Below, in pieces: positions 47,935 to 61,680 of a stretch of 64,000 bases of DNA (within the stretch, counting starts at the first letter, position 1; each line of letters opens with the position of its first letter). Origin of the DNA: an uncultured Thermoanaerobaculia bacterium (GTDB taxonomy: Bacteria; Acidobacteriota; Thermoanaerobaculia; Multivoradales; JAGPDF01). Location of the stretch: positions 3,869 to 67,868 of the forward strand of contig CAYZBH010000012.1 in NCBI GenBank assembly GCA_964476605.1. Reading direction: 5' to 3'. Position numbers and translations under genes: made by a program. A model generated the notes under the pieces. The model had not been told where the DNA came from, made no database searches, and saw nothing but the letters and a program-made list of their open reading frames with translations.

Positions 47935-49221
47935 ATGGCGGATCCAATCGCGGGCGCTCGGGGGCTCGCCGCGCTCGGTGATGGCTTGCGCGAGACGCTT
48001 CGCCTCGTGGTCGCGGAGGCGGAACGGCTGGGCGAACGCCTCCACTGGGTGGGCGGTGGGGTTCGCGACTATCTTCTCGGCCGCCCGAGCGACGACCTCG
48101 ATCTCGTTCTGGAGGCCGCGCCGGAGAGGCTCTTGGTCGTGGGGACCGGGCTGGCGCGTCGCCTCGGGGGGCGTCTCGACGAGCACCTCGAGTTCCTCAC
48201 CTGCCGCATCCTCGCGCCCGGACGCGGACGAGTGGATGTCGCCTGTTCACGCCGCGAGCGCTACCCGGTGCGAGGCGGCCTGCCCCTCGTCGAGGCGGCC
48301 GGTCTGACCGAAGATCTCGGCCGCCGGGACTTCACGATCAACGCCCTGGCGCTCGAGATCGCTCCGTATCTCTCGGGAGTCCCGATCGATCCACACGGCG
48401 GTCTGGACGACCTCGACGCCGGAGTGCTGCGCATCCTGTACCCGGGCTCGTTCGTCGACGATCCCACGCGCATCGTTCGGGGCGCGAGCTTCGAAGCGCG
48501 ACTCGGATTCCGACTCGAGGCGGCCACCGAGATCGCGGCCCGGGAGGCGATCGCGGCCGGAGCGGTGGAGTCGGTCAGTGGAGCGCGCCTCTGGCGGACT
48601 CTCGACAAGGGGTTGGCGGGAGAGGGCGCGCCCGACTTCCTCCTGCGGCTCGCGGACCTCGGCCTCCTGGCCGGGCTGTCGCGGGCCCTCGGATTCGACC
48701 GGGCGGCGGCCGCAAGGCTGCGAAGCGCTCGCGAGCTTCTCGAGGAGGTGTCCGGTGGCCCGACGCCGGATTCTGGCGCGGCGCTCGCGCTCCCGCTCCT
48801 CGGGGCCGGACTTTCACCGGACGAGCGGCGGTGCTTGGCGGGCCGGCTCGACCTGCCGCGACGCGCCCGGGAGAGCCTCGTCCTGGGACTGGAGCGGAGC
48901 GAGGCGGCGGTCGCGTCCCTCGCCGGAGTGACGCGCCGGAGCGTGGCCCATCGAGCTCTCGCGGGCTTGGACCTTCCGGAGCTGGCGCTCGCCGGAGCGC
49001 TCCAGGCGGAGGCGGCGCGCTGGGTCCGGGAAGAGATCGCCGTGCTTCGTCCCTTCAAGCTGCAGATCGACGGGGAGGCCTTGAAGCGGGCCGGCGCGAA
49101 GGAGGGCCCGGAGCTGGGGGCGGCGCTGGATCGCACGCGCGCGGCGCGCCTCGACGGCGAGATCGAGGTCGACGAGGAGATGACCTACGCGCGCGATTTC
49201 CTGATCCGGAGGGGTGGTTGA
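47935..49221 (+). CDS. cca: tRNA nucleotidyltransferase / poly(A) polymerase family (CCA-adding enzyme-like)
   Basis: 'WVGGGVRDYLLGRPSDDLDLVL' nucleotidyltransferase head and 'RRDFTINALAL' motif. Confidence 0.8.
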   Translation: MADPIAGARGLAALGDGLRETLRLVVAEAERLGERLHWVGGGVRDYLLGRPSDDLDLVLEAAPERLLVVGTGLARRLGGRLDEHLEFLTCRILAPGRGRVDVACSRRERYPVRGGLPLVEAAGLTEDLGRRDFTINALALEIAPYLSGVPIDPHGGLDDLDAGVLRILYPGSFVDDPTRIVRGASFEARLGFRLEAATEIAAREAIAAGAVESVSGARLWRTLDKGLAGEGAPDFLLRLADLGLLAGLSRALGFDRAAAARLRSARELLEEVSGGPTPDSGAALALPLLGAGLSPDERRCLAGRLDLPRRARESLVLGLERSEAAVASLAGVTRRSVAHRALAGLDLPELALAGALQAEAARWVREEIAVLRPFKLQIDGEALKRAGAKEGPELGAALDRTRAARLDGEIEVDEEMTYARDFLIRRGG

Positions 49222-49235
49222 CGGTCTTCCCCTGG

Positions 49236-49865
49236 ATGCCGCTGCTGCTCGCGCTCGCCGCCTGGCCCGCGGGAGCGGAGGATCCCCGGACGGTCGAGGT
49301 CTTGCGCCGCGACTGCGCCAGCACGCTCGGATCGAACGACGTCACGCTGTTCGCGAACGGAACGGTTCGTTGGCGGGAGACTCGCGAAGGAGCGCAGACG
49401 CTCGCGCTCGCCGAGCTCGATCCGGAACGGGTCGCGGGCTTCCTCGCCCGCCTGCGAGCGATCGACCTCCGCGAGACCGGTCCGGATCGCCGGGCGGTCG
49501 AGGGAGCGTGGGTGGATTGGTGCGAGATCGACCTGCGGATTTCGGATGGTCCCCCGTCGAGTTTTCGCTACGGAACCCTCGACACGCGAACGCTCGCCCT
49601 GGACGCGCTGGTTCGGATCGCGGACGAGCTCGCCGACCTCGCGCGGGCGGCGGGAATCTCGGGAGAGTTCCCGGCGGGCTACGATCCGAGGATCGGAGAC
49701 CGTCTCGCCCGCGCGGACGGGGTCGAGTTCGACGTCGTCGGATTCACGTCGGACGGGCACGGAGTCGAGCTGCGGGGGCGAATCGATCCGCTCTCTCTCT
49801 ACGTGCCCCGCACCGACGTGAGGCGCTACTTCGCGCGTCTCCTGGCGCGGGGCGGGGAACCATGA
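49236..49865 (+). CDS. hypothetical secreted protein (209 aa)
   Basis: ATG start. Signal peptide 'MPLLLALAAWPAGAEDP'. Two Cys residues. Stop overlaps the rsmD start (ATGA). No recognisable domain. Confidence 0.5.
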   Translation: MPLLLALAAWPAGAEDPRTVEVLRRDCASTLGSNDVTLFANGTVRWRETREGAQTLALAELDPERVAGFLARLRAIDLRETGPDRRAVEGAWVDWCEIDLRISDGPPSSFRYGTLDTRTLALDALVRIADELADLARAAGISGEFPAGYDPRIGDRLARADGVEFDVVGFTSDGHGVELRGRIDPLSLYVPRTDVRRYFARLLARGGEP

Positions 49866-50416
49866 GGGCGAGCCCTGGCCTGCGAATCGCCGGCGGAACG
49901 CACCGCGGAAGGCGTCTCGCGGTGCCCCCCGCGACGCGCCCGACCGAGGCCAAGGTGCGCCAGGCGCTCTTTTCGATCTGGCTGGAAGAGGTCCGCGACT
50001 GCCGCTTTCTCGATCTCTTCGCGGGAAGCGGCGCGATGGGGCTCGAGGCTCTGAGCCGCGGGGCTCTGGAGGCGGTGCTGGTGGAGAGCGATCGTGCCGC
50101 GCTGGAGATCCTCCGCCGCAACGCCACGTCGCTCTTCCCCGGAGCGGCCCGCGTCCTCGGGAGGCCCGTGCTGCCGGCCCTGGAGTCGCTCGGAGCGGCA
50201 GGCGAACGCTTCGATCTCGTCTTCGCGGATCCACCCTACCGGCTGATCCTGGACGCTGAGGCTTTCACGCTGTGCGCCGCGATCCTCGACCCGCGGGGGC
50301 GTTTCGCGCTGGAGCACGCCGCGCGGGATCGGATCCCGGCGGAGACTCCTGGGTTGGTCTGCGTGGAGACTCGACGCTACGGCGAGTCGGCCCTCTCTTT
50401 CTTCGCTCCGGGGTGA
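49862..50416 (+). CDS. rsmD: 16S rRNA (guanine966-N2)-methyltransferase
   Basis: 'FLDLFAGSGAMGLEALSRGA' AdoMet motif I and 'DLVFADPPY' motif IV. Confidence 0.85.
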   Translation: MRASPGLRIAGGTHRGRRLAVPPATRPTEAKVRQALFSIWLEEVRDCRFLDLFAGSGAMGLEALSRGALEAVLVESDRAALEILRRNATSLFPGAARVLGRPVLPALESLGAAGERFDLVFADPPYRLILDAEAFTLCAAILDPRGRFALEHAARDRIPAETPGLVCVETRRYGESALSFFAPG

Positions 50417-50419
50417 TCC

Positions 50420-51028
50420 TCACCAGGCCCAGTCGTGGCCACCCTCTCCGTTCTCGAAGAAGGCGTTGAGGGGGGCGCCGAACCACTTCTGGAGCACCAC
50501 CCGGCCGGTGGCCGGTGTCTCGATTCGGATCTCGATCGTGTTGTCCCTGCGATCGCGGATGCGAAAGGCCCCGACACGATCGGCGGAGCCGTTGGGATTG
50601 AAGATCGGCCCCGGGTTCGGGTCGGCGCCGTCGTCCCAGCCGTCGATGGAATTGACGTCCTCTGGGGTGGCGTCCTGGGGACCCTGCAGGGCGATTCCGG
50701 ACGAGAGACGCAACTGGCCACCGATCTGCCGGTCGGTGCCATCCGTATAGAGGCCGTCGAAATCCAGATCGACGAAGGCGAAGAAGGAACGCGTCGCCGC
50801 GTCGTAGTTGACCTCCGCCGGTGCGTTCAGCTTGATGGCCTCGAGCCGGGCCACTTGCATGAGAGTTGCGATCTCCCGGGCGTTCCCAGTGAGCTTGAGG
50901 CGGTTGAGCATCGAGAGGAACGCGGGAACTCCGATCAGGGCGAGGATCCCGAGCACGACGAGGGTCACGAGCATCTCGATGAGCGTGAATCCCGCCGTCC
51001 GGCTTCGATGGGTCGAGTCGCCCCGCAT
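50420..51028 (-). CDS. type IV pilin-like / type II secretion pseudopilin (GspH/FimT family) with prepilin N-terminal cleavage/methylation motif
   Basis: 'RTAGFTLIEMLVTLVVLGILALIGVPAF' class III signal (G/FTLIE with Glu+5). Confidence 0.75.
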   Translation of the reverse strand: MRGDSTHRSRTAGFTLIEMLVTLVVLGILALIGVPAFLSMLNRLKLTGNAREIATLMQVARLEAIKLNAPAEVNYDAATRSFFAFVDLDFDGLYTDGTDRQIGGQLRLSSGIALQGPQDATPEDVNSIDGWDDGADPNPGPIFNPNGSADRVGAFRIRDRRDNTIEIRIETPATGRVVLQKWFGAPLNAFFENGEGGHDWAW

Positions 51029-51104
51029 GGTGCCCTCCTTTCTCCGGTGGCGGGATTATAGCCCCGCGCCGGAATCCGGGCTGCGGAATGCCGGCGGAGG
51101 AGGT

Positions 51105-51815
51105 TCAGCGCGCGGGCTGGTCGTAGAAGGCGAGCTCCTCGAGGGGAACCCGCAAGTCGACGTTCTTGACACGACAGCCTGCCACGGCGGGGAGGACGAC
51201 CGGCGCGAAGTTCAGCACCGCCCGTACACCCGCTTCCGCGAGCAGAGCGTAGCCCGCTCGGGCCGAGCTCGCGGGAACGGCGAGGATGGCCATGGTGGCG
51301 CTCGTCTCTCGCACGACCCGTGGCACCTCCTGCGGCGCGAAGACCGGGATCGGAGAGCTCGCCGAGCCGATCTTGGCCGGATCGCGATCGAAGCCGGCGA
51401 CGACCTGGAAGCTGCCGCCGTTGAAGGCGGGGAACCGTGCGAGAGCGGTGCCGAGATTCCCCATGCCGTAGATGACGACGTTGTGCACGCGGTCGAGCTG
51501 CAACACGCGCGCGAGCTGCTGCTCGAGGCGGGGCACGTCATACCCGACTCCGCGGACGCCGAACTCGCCGAACTGGGCGAGGTCCTTGCGGACCTGGGCT
51601 GCGGAGAGGTTGCAGATCCGCGAGAGATGTTCGGAGGAGACTCGCGAGACGCCTTCGCCCGTGAGCTGCCGCAACGAGCGCAGATAGAGAGAAACGCGGT
51701 TGACCGTCAGATGAGAGACCGATCCCCGCGAGGCGTCGGCGAGACGCAGCTCCTGAGCTCGCGGGCTGCCGATGTCCTTCTCCGGCCGGGAGAGCCGCGC
51801 CCGGGTCCGGCTCAA
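51105..51815 (-). CDS. rex: redox-sensing transcriptional repressor Rex
   Basis: 'NRVSLYLRSLRQLTGEGVSRVSSEHLSRICNLSAAQVRKDLAQFGEFGVRGVGYDV' winged helix plus Rossmann 'VVIYGMGNLGTALA'. TTG start at 51815 overlaps the nuoN stop (TTGA). The N-terminal extent is uncertain because there is no ATG/GTG. Confidence 0.8.
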   Translation of the reverse strand: MSRTRARLSRPEKDIGSPRAQELRLADASRGSVSHLTVNRVSLYLRSLRQLTGEGVSRVSSEHLSRICNLSAAQVRKDLAQFGEFGVRGVGYDVPRLEQQLARVLQLDRVHNVVIYGMGNLGTALARFPAFNGGSFQVVAGFDRDPAKIGSASSPIPVFAPQEVPRVVRETSATMAILAVPASSARAGYALLAEAGVRAVLNFAPVVLPAVAGCRVKNVDLRVPLEELAFYDQPAR

Positions 51816-53260
51816 GGCGCGCTGACTGCCTGCTGTATCCAGCCCAGGAACGGGCCGGGAAGCACGCCGAGCAGCAGGGTGGCGCCGGCGGCGACGACCG
51901 CTGCGAGACCACCGGCCCAATCGAGCGCCAGGCCCGAAGGCGCGGTCACCTCTTCGCGCATGTAGAGCATGTAGACGACGCGCAAGTAGAAGACGATGCC
52001 GATCAGGCTCGCGACGACGCCGGTCAGGGCGAGCGCCAGGTTCCCGTGCTGCACCGCGTGCAGAAAGACGAGGTACTTGCCGAGGAAGCCGAGAGTCGGG
52101 GGGATGCCCCCCAGGGAGAGCATGCAGATCGTCAGGCAGGCGGCGGCGACCGGGAAGCGGAAGCCCCAACCCGAGAGCGTGACGATCTGGTGGGGCTCAC
52201 CCGGCTTGGCGTAGAGCATCGAAACGAGAACGAAGGCGCCTCCGTTCATGAGGGCATAGGAGAACAGGTAGACGAGGAGCGGGCGCCAGGATTCCGGACC
52301 GGGTGAGGCCAGGGGAATGAGGAGATAGCCCATGTGGGCGATGCCGGAGTAGGCCAGCATCCGCTTGATGTCCCGCTGCACGAGGGCGAAGAGATTCCCG
52401 GCGAGCATCGAGGCGACCGCGAGGAGCGAGACGAGGGCCCGCCAGTCTCCGGCCGTGGGGGCGCCCGAGGCGAGAGTCACCAGACGGGCGAGGACGACGG
52501 CACTCGCCACTTTGGGAGCGACGGACAGGAAGGCGACGAAGGGCGACGGTGCCCCCTGATAGACGTCGGGCGCCCAGGCGTGGAACGGCACGAGCCCGAG
52601 CTTGAATCCGAACCCGCAGACGAGCATGAGCAGCCCGAGCAGGACGAGGCCCGGAGACCCTGCCCCCTTGCCGAGGGACTCGGCGACCAAGGCGAGACGG
52701 GTGGATCCGGTCTCTCCGTAGACGAGCGCGGTGCCGTAGAGAATGAACGAGCTGACGAGCGCTCCCATGAGGAAGTACTTGATGGCGGCTTCCGCCGAGA
52801 GCGCTTCGCGCCGATGGTACGCGGCAAGTCCGTAGAGCCCGACGGAGAGCAGCTCGAGAGCGACGAAGATCGACAGCAGCTCGGTGCCGCGAACCAGCAG
52901 GAGCAGGCCCGCCGCGCACCAGAGCAGAAGCGCCGGATACTCGCCGGAGAGGAGTCGCTCCCGTGTCAGGTAGCCCTGGGCGGCGAGAAGTCCGAGGCCG
53001 GTCGCGAGGAGGATCGCCTGCGAGAACGCGCCCGTGATGCCGGAGGACTCGATCAGCCCCCCGAAGAAGGAGCCCGGCGGCTGAGCGGCGACTTGGCTCG
53101 CGGCGTAGACGACAGCGGCGAGCGAGAGCAGGAGGAAGGAGCGCCGCAGGCGCGGCGTGAAGGCCTCGAGCAGCAGCACGAGCGAGCCGGCGGCCGTCAG
53201 GACGATCTCGGGCCGGAGCGCGGCCCAGCTCGCGGAGGTTCCGATCAGGAGCTCGTTCAT
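51812..53260 (-). CDS. nuoN: NADH-quinone oxidoreductase subunit N
   Basis: 482 aa polytopic antiporter-like subunit. 'KLGLVPFHAWAPDVYQGAPSP'. Confidence 0.9.
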   Translation of the reverse strand: MNELLIGTSASWAALRPEIVLTAAGSLVLLLEAFTPRLRRSFLLLSLAAVVYAASQVAAQPPGSFFGGLIESSGITGAFSQAILLATGLGLLAAQGYLTRERLLSGEYPALLLWCAAGLLLLVRGTELLSIFVALELLSVGLYGLAAYHRREALSAEAAIKYFLMGALVSSFILYGTALVYGETGSTRLALVAESLGKGAGSPGLVLLGLLMLVCGFGFKLGLVPFHAWAPDVYQGAPSPFVAFLSVAPKVASAVVLARLVTLASGAPTAGDWRALVSLLAVASMLAGNLFALVQRDIKRMLAYSGIAHMGYLLIPLASPGPESWRPLLVYLFSYALMNGGAFVLVSMLYAKPGEPHQIVTLSGWGFRFPVAAACLTICMLSLGGIPPTLGFLGKYLVFLHAVQHGNLALALTGVVASLIGIVFYLRVVYMLYMREEVTAPSGLALDWAGGLAAVVAAGATLLLGVLPGPFLGWIQQAVSAP

Positions 53261-54878
53261 TTCGTGCCCCGAAGCTCGAAGGCGTGACCGCCGGCGACGA
53301 AGGTCGCGAGGCTTTCGGCACCGCCGGGGTTGAGTCGGAGGCGCTCCGGTGGCGCCTCCAGGGATCGTGCTCGATAGGTCTCGAGGACCGCCGCGAGGGC
53401 CGGCCGGCTGGGCTCCAGGAAGGGCTTCGGAGCGACGCCGATCCAGAGCATGAAGACGCAGAGAGGGAGCAGTGCCATGACCTCGCGGAAGTCGAGATCC
53501 TTGAGGCTACGGTTCTCGTCCTTGGTGATCGGTCCCCAGATCGTCTCCTGCAGCATCTTCATCAGGTAGACCGCGGCCCAGACGACGCCGAAGGCCGCCG
53601 CGGCCGTCTGCCAGCGGAGCCCGCCGCGGTACGAGCCCACCAGAACGAGGAACTCGCCGACGAATCCGTTGAGCGCCGGCAAGCCCACCGAGGCGAGGGT
53701 CGCGAAGACCAGGAAGAAGGCGAAGCGTGGAATGACCTTGGCGAGTCCGCCGAACTCCTCGAACTTCTTGGTGTGGCGGCGATCGTAGAGCATGCCGACG
53801 AGCAAGAACAGGGCGCCGGTCGAAAGGCCATGATTGACCATCTGGATCAACGCCCCCTGCCAAGCCAACAGATCGAAGGCGAAGAGGCCCAGCATCACGA
53901 AACCGAGGTGAGCGATGGAGGAGTAGGCGACCAGCTTCTTCATGTCGAGCTGCGCCCAGGCGACCAGGGCTCCGTAGAGGATTCCCACCAGGGCGAGGCC
54001 CACCAGCCAGGGGGCGAATTGGCGGCTGGCCTGCGGGAAGAAGGGGAGCGCGAAGCGGAGGAATCCGTAAGTCCCGAGCTTGAGGAGAATGCCTGCCAGG
54101 ATGACCGAGCCGCCGGTCGGCGCCTCGACGTGGGCGTCCGGAAGCCAGGTATGGAGCGGGAACATCGGCACCTTGATCGCGAAAGCGAGCGCGAAGGCGG
54201 CGAAGAGCCAGACCTGCTGGTGCATCGGGAAGTCGAGCCTCAGCAGGTCCTCGTAGCGGAAGCTCCAGATCCCTGCGACCTGGGCGTGGGACCAGGCCAT
54301 CCAGAGGATGGCGAGCAACATGAAGAGGCTTCCGGCCATCGTGAAGAGGAAGAACTTCACGGCCGCGTAGACCCGGCGCTCGCCGCCCCAGATGCCGATG
54401 ATGAGGTACATGGGGATCAGCATCAGCTCCCAGAAGACGTAGAAGACGAAGAGATCGAGGGCGACGAGCGCGCCCAGGATCCCCGTCGTCAGCAGGAGCA
54501 TGGAGAAGGCGTAGCCGAGCCAGTGCTTGTGAATTCCCTTCCAGGATCCGAGGAAGACGACTGGGAGCAGCAGGCCGGTGAGCAGCACCAGCGGCAGCGC
54601 GATGCCGTCCATTCCGACCTCGTATCCGATCCGCAGCGACGGCAGATCGATCCAGGAGAGGACCGGGTCGCGAGCCAGGAACGCCGATCCGCTCACTCGC
54701 GCCGTGACGAAGACGGCCATCAAGGCGAGCTCGATGAGCGAAGCGACGAGAGCGTAGACCTTGATCACGGTCTCGCTCGCGCGGGCGAACAGGAGCAATC
54801 CGAGGGCGGCGACGGTGGGGAAGAAGACCAGCCGTGTGATGGTGTCGCCGACGAGCAGTTCGAGGAATCCTGGCTGCA

Positions 54879-54879
<1 letters not shown>
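53257..54879 (-). CDS. nuoM: NADH-quinone oxidoreductase subunit M
   Basis: ATG at 54879 overlapping the nuoL stop. 'IKVPMFPLHTWLPDAHVEAPTGGSVILAGILLKLGTYG'. The upstream 108 codons of the track ORF are rejected. Confidence 0.9.
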
Positions 54880-56816
<1,937 letters not shown>

Positions 56817-56820
56817 CGGG

Positions 56821-57129
56821 CTACCAGCGCATCAGATTGAGGCGGTTGACGTCGATCGTGTGACGCAGGCGGAAGATGGCGATGAAGAGCGCGAGGCCGA
56901 CGGCGGCCTCCGCGGCCGCGACGGCGAGCGCGAAGAAGACGACCATCTGGCCGGCGAGATCGCCGAGGAGGCGTGAGTAAGCGACCAGCGTCAGGTTCGC
57001 CGCATTCAGCATGAGCTCGATGGAGAGGAAGATCGCGATGCCGCTGCGCCGCGTGAGGGCCCCGAACGCTCCGATCGAGAAGAGCGCGGCGGCGAGGATC
57101 AGGTACCAGACGATGGGGATCGCCGTCAT
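56821..57129 (-). CDS. nuoK: NADH-quinone oxidoreductase subunit K
   Basis: 102 aa, three transmembrane helices. 'FSIGAFGALTRRSGIAIFLSIELMLNAANL'. ATG at 57129; the longer track ORF is rejected. Confidence 0.85.
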   Translation of the reverse strand: MTAIPIVWYLILAAALFSIGAFGALTRRSGIAIFLSIELMLNAANLTLVAYSRLLGDLAGQMVVFFALAVAAAEAAVGLALFIAIFRLRHTIDVNRLNLMRW

Positions 57130-57647
57130 CGGACCTCCTCGGAAGAGCCGGGCTCCGGCCGCTTGGCCACCCAGCTCGCGGCCACGACGGCGACGAGCAG
57201 GAGGAGGCCGATCACCTCGAAGGGGAGGAGATACGTGCCGAAGAGCTCTCTCGCGACGGAGCGGATGCCGAAGAGCTCGGTGTCCAGGGCCGGCGGAGTC
57301 GTTTCGGAATGGGCGGCCCAGAACAGGCGGACCACCGCTCCCGCCAGCACGACCGCGGCGATCCCTGCGCCCGCGGTGACGAAGCTCAACTTGCCGTGGG
57401 ACGCGCGCTCGCGTTGAACGTTCAGCAGCATGATCACGAACAGGAAGAGGACCAGGATCGCGCCCGTGTAGAGCAGGATCTGGAGCGCGGCCAGGAAGGG
57501 CGAGCCGAGCATGACGAAGAGCCCGGCGGTCGCGACCAACGTCACCACCAGGCTCATGGTCGCGTAGACGGGATTCCGGTTGAAGACGACGACGCACGCC
57601 GAGATCAGCGCGGCACCCGCGAGCAGGATGAAGAAGGCGAGCTCCAT
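57126..57647 (-). CDS. nuoJ: NADH-quinone oxidoreductase subunit J
   Basis: 173 aa. Typical NuoJ hydrophobic profile. ATG 1 nt after the nuoH stop, with GGGAGG Shine-Dalgarno sequence. Confidence 0.85.
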   Translation of the reverse strand: MELAFFILLAGAALISACVVVFNRNPVYATMSLVVTLVATAGLFVMLGSPFLAALQILLYTGAILVLFLFVIMLLNVQRERASHGKLSFVTAGAGIAAVVLAGAVVRLFWAAHSETTPPALDTELFGIRSVARELFGTYLLPFEVIGLLLLVAVVAASWVAKRPEPGSSEEVR

Positions 57648-57648
57648 C

Positions 57649-58740
57649 CTAGAACCTCCCCGAGATCGCCGCGGCGGCGACCACGATCAGATTGAGAAGA
57701 GCGAGCGGCATCAGGATTTTCCAACCCAGCCGCATCAACTGGTCGTAACGAAAGCGCGGGAACGTCCAGCGCACCCAGATGTAGAAGAACATCATCAGGC
57801 CCGACTTGGCGACCAGCGTCGCGAATCCCAAGAGGCCGGTCCAGATGCCCGCGGACATGAAGCCGGGGGAGATCGCGAGGCCCGCCAGTCCGGCACCCGC
57901 TGCGGCGAGGTCGACGCCGGGGATCGACCAGCCACCGAAGTAGAGGGTCGCGCAGAGCACGGAGAGAACGGCCATCGACTGGTACTCGCCCATGTAGAAG
58001 AGCGCCAATCGGAGCCCCCCGTACTCCGTGTGGTACCCCGCCACCAGCTCCGACTCGGCCTCGGGGAGGTCGAAAGGCGTGCGGTTCGTCTCGGCGAACG
58101 CGGAGACCAGGAAGACGAGGAAACCGAGAGGTTGCAGGAAGACGTTCCAGGCCGGCAGGACGCCCAAGACGTGGCGGGAGATCTGGTGATCGACGACCTC
58201 CGAGAGGTTCAGGGAGCCGGCCGGGATGAGGGTCGCCACGACGGAGAGGGTGAGCGCGAGCTCGTAGCTGATCATCTGCGCCGAAGCGCGGATAGAACCG
58301 ATCAGCGACCACTTGTTGTTGGAGCTGTAGCCTGCGAGCACCAGCCCGTAGACTCCGAGGCTGGCCAAGGCCAAGAAGAGGAGCATGCCGTTGTCGGAAT
58401 CGACGACGGAGAGCGGGATGCGGTGTCCGGCGACCTCGATGGGCGGACCGATCGGGATCACCACGTAGGTGATCATCGAGGCCACGAATCCGATGGTCGG
58501 CGCGAGAAGGTAGAGCCCCTTGTCGGCGGCCGAGGGATTCAGGTCCTCCTTGAAGATGAACTTCAGAACGTCGGCGATCGCCTGGAAGAGCCCGAGCGGC
58601 CCGAGCCGATTGGGACCCAGGCGATCCTGCATGAGCGCCGGGGCCCGGCGCTCGAGCCAGAGCATGACGATCGTCACGTTGATGAGCGCGAACGTCCAGA
58701 GGCCCATGAGGACCGCGGTGGCGAGGATGGGAGTCGGCAT
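57649..58740 (-). CDS. nuoH: NADH-quinone oxidoreductase subunit H
   Basis: ATG at 58740. 'MLWLERRAPALMQDRLGPNRLGPLGLFQAIADVLK', 'AETNRTPFDLPEAESELVAGYHTEY'. Confidence 0.9.
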   Translation of the reverse strand: MPTPILATAVLMGLWTFALINVTIVMLWLERRAPALMQDRLGPNRLGPLGLFQAIADVLKFIFKEDLNPSAADKGLYLLAPTIGFVASMITYVVIPIGPPIEVAGHRIPLSVVDSDNGMLLFLALASLGVYGLVLAGYSSNNKWSLIGSIRASAQMISYELALTLSVVATLIPAGSLNLSEVVDHQISRHVLGVLPAWNVFLQPLGFLVFLVSAFAETNRTPFDLPEAESELVAGYHTEYGGLRLALFYMGEYQSMAVLSVLCATLYFGGWSIPGVDLAAAGAGLAGLAISPGFMSAGIWTGLLGFATLVAKSGLMMFFYIWVRWTFPRFRYDQLMRLGWKILMPLALLNLIVVAAAAISGRF

Positions 58741-58751
58741 CGCGAGCGCTC

Positions 58752-60379
<1,628 letters not shown>

Positions 60380-60380
<1 letters not shown>

Positions 60381-61678
60381 CAGGCGGCGGCTCCGAGGTC
60401 GAAGAAACGGACGCGGGGCAGGGGGTAGCGCGAGGCGCGCAGGTTGTCGCGAATCTCGTCGGAGAACTTGGCGACCAGGGAGCGTACCGGCCCTTGCGCG
60501 GCGTCGCCGAGAGCGCAGAGCGAGATCCCGCCGACGTTCGGGACGATGCTCGCGAGCAGGTCGAGGTCAGCCTCGCTGCCCCTCCCGCTCTCGATCCGCT
60601 CGAGCACGAGACGCATCCAGTTCGTGCCCTCCCGGCAGGGAGTGCATTGCCCGCAGGACTCGTGCGCGAAGAACTCCGCGAGCCGGAGCGTGGCCCTGAC
60701 GAGACAGGTCGTCTCGTCCATCACGATCACGGCCGCGGAGCCGAGCATGCTGCCCGCCTTGGCCAGCGTGTCGAAGTCCATGGCGAGGCCCGACTCGCCG
60801 GCTGTCATCATCGGCGCCGAGGCACCGCCGGGGATCCAGGCCTTGAGGGCCCGGCCCTTGTACATTCCGCCGCAGCTCGCGAGCAGCTCGTCGAACGTGA
60901 TGCCGATCGGATGCTCGTAGGTCCCCGGGCGTTCGACGTGCCCGGAGACCGCGTAGAGCTTGGGTCCCGTGTTGCGCTCGTTGGTTCCGATCGACTTGAA
61001 CCACTCGGCGCCGCGCCCGATGATGTGGGTGACGCAGCAGAGAGTCTCCACGTTGTTGATCACCGTCGGACAGCCGAAAGCGCCCACCACGGCGGGGAAC
61101 GGGGGCTTGACGCGAGGCTGCCCGCGCTTGCCCTCGAGCGACTCCAGGAGCCCGGTCTCCTCGCCGCAGATGTAGGCGCCGGCACCGCGGTGCACGTGGA
61201 TGTCGTGCCGGAAACCGCTGCCGAGAACGCTCTCTCCGAGCACTCCTCGGTCGTAGGCGTCGCGGATCGCGTCCTCGAGCACCCGGGCCGCGAACGTGTA
61301 CTCGCCGCGGATGTAGATGTAGGTGGTGTTGGCGCCCACCGCCCAGCCGGCGATGACGCACCCCTCGAGCAGCTGATGCGGATCCTTCTCCATCAGCAGG
61401 CGATCCTTGAAGGTGCCGGGCTCGGATTCGTCGGCGTTGCAGACGATGTACTTCGGTTTGTCGTTCGCGCGCGGCACGAAGCTCCACTTCATGCCGCAGG
61501 GAAAACCGGCACCGCCTCGCCCGCGCAGGCCCGAGCGCTTGACCTCCTCGGTGACCTCCTCGGGCTGCATCTTCAGCGCCTTCGCGAGGGCGTCGTAGCC
61601 ACCGCTCTCGCGGTAGCCGCGGACGGTCAGCGCTTCCGGTCGACCGATGTTGCGGGTCAGGACACGCTCGAAGGCCAT
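60380..61678 (-). CDS. nuoF: NADH-quinone oxidoreductase subunit F
   Basis: ATG at 61678. 'GLRGRGGAGFPCGMKW' NADH/FMN site, 'CNADESEPGTFKDR', 'ESCGQCTPCREG' N3 cluster. Upstream codons of the track ORF are rejected. Confidence 0.9.
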
Positions 61679-61680
61679 GC

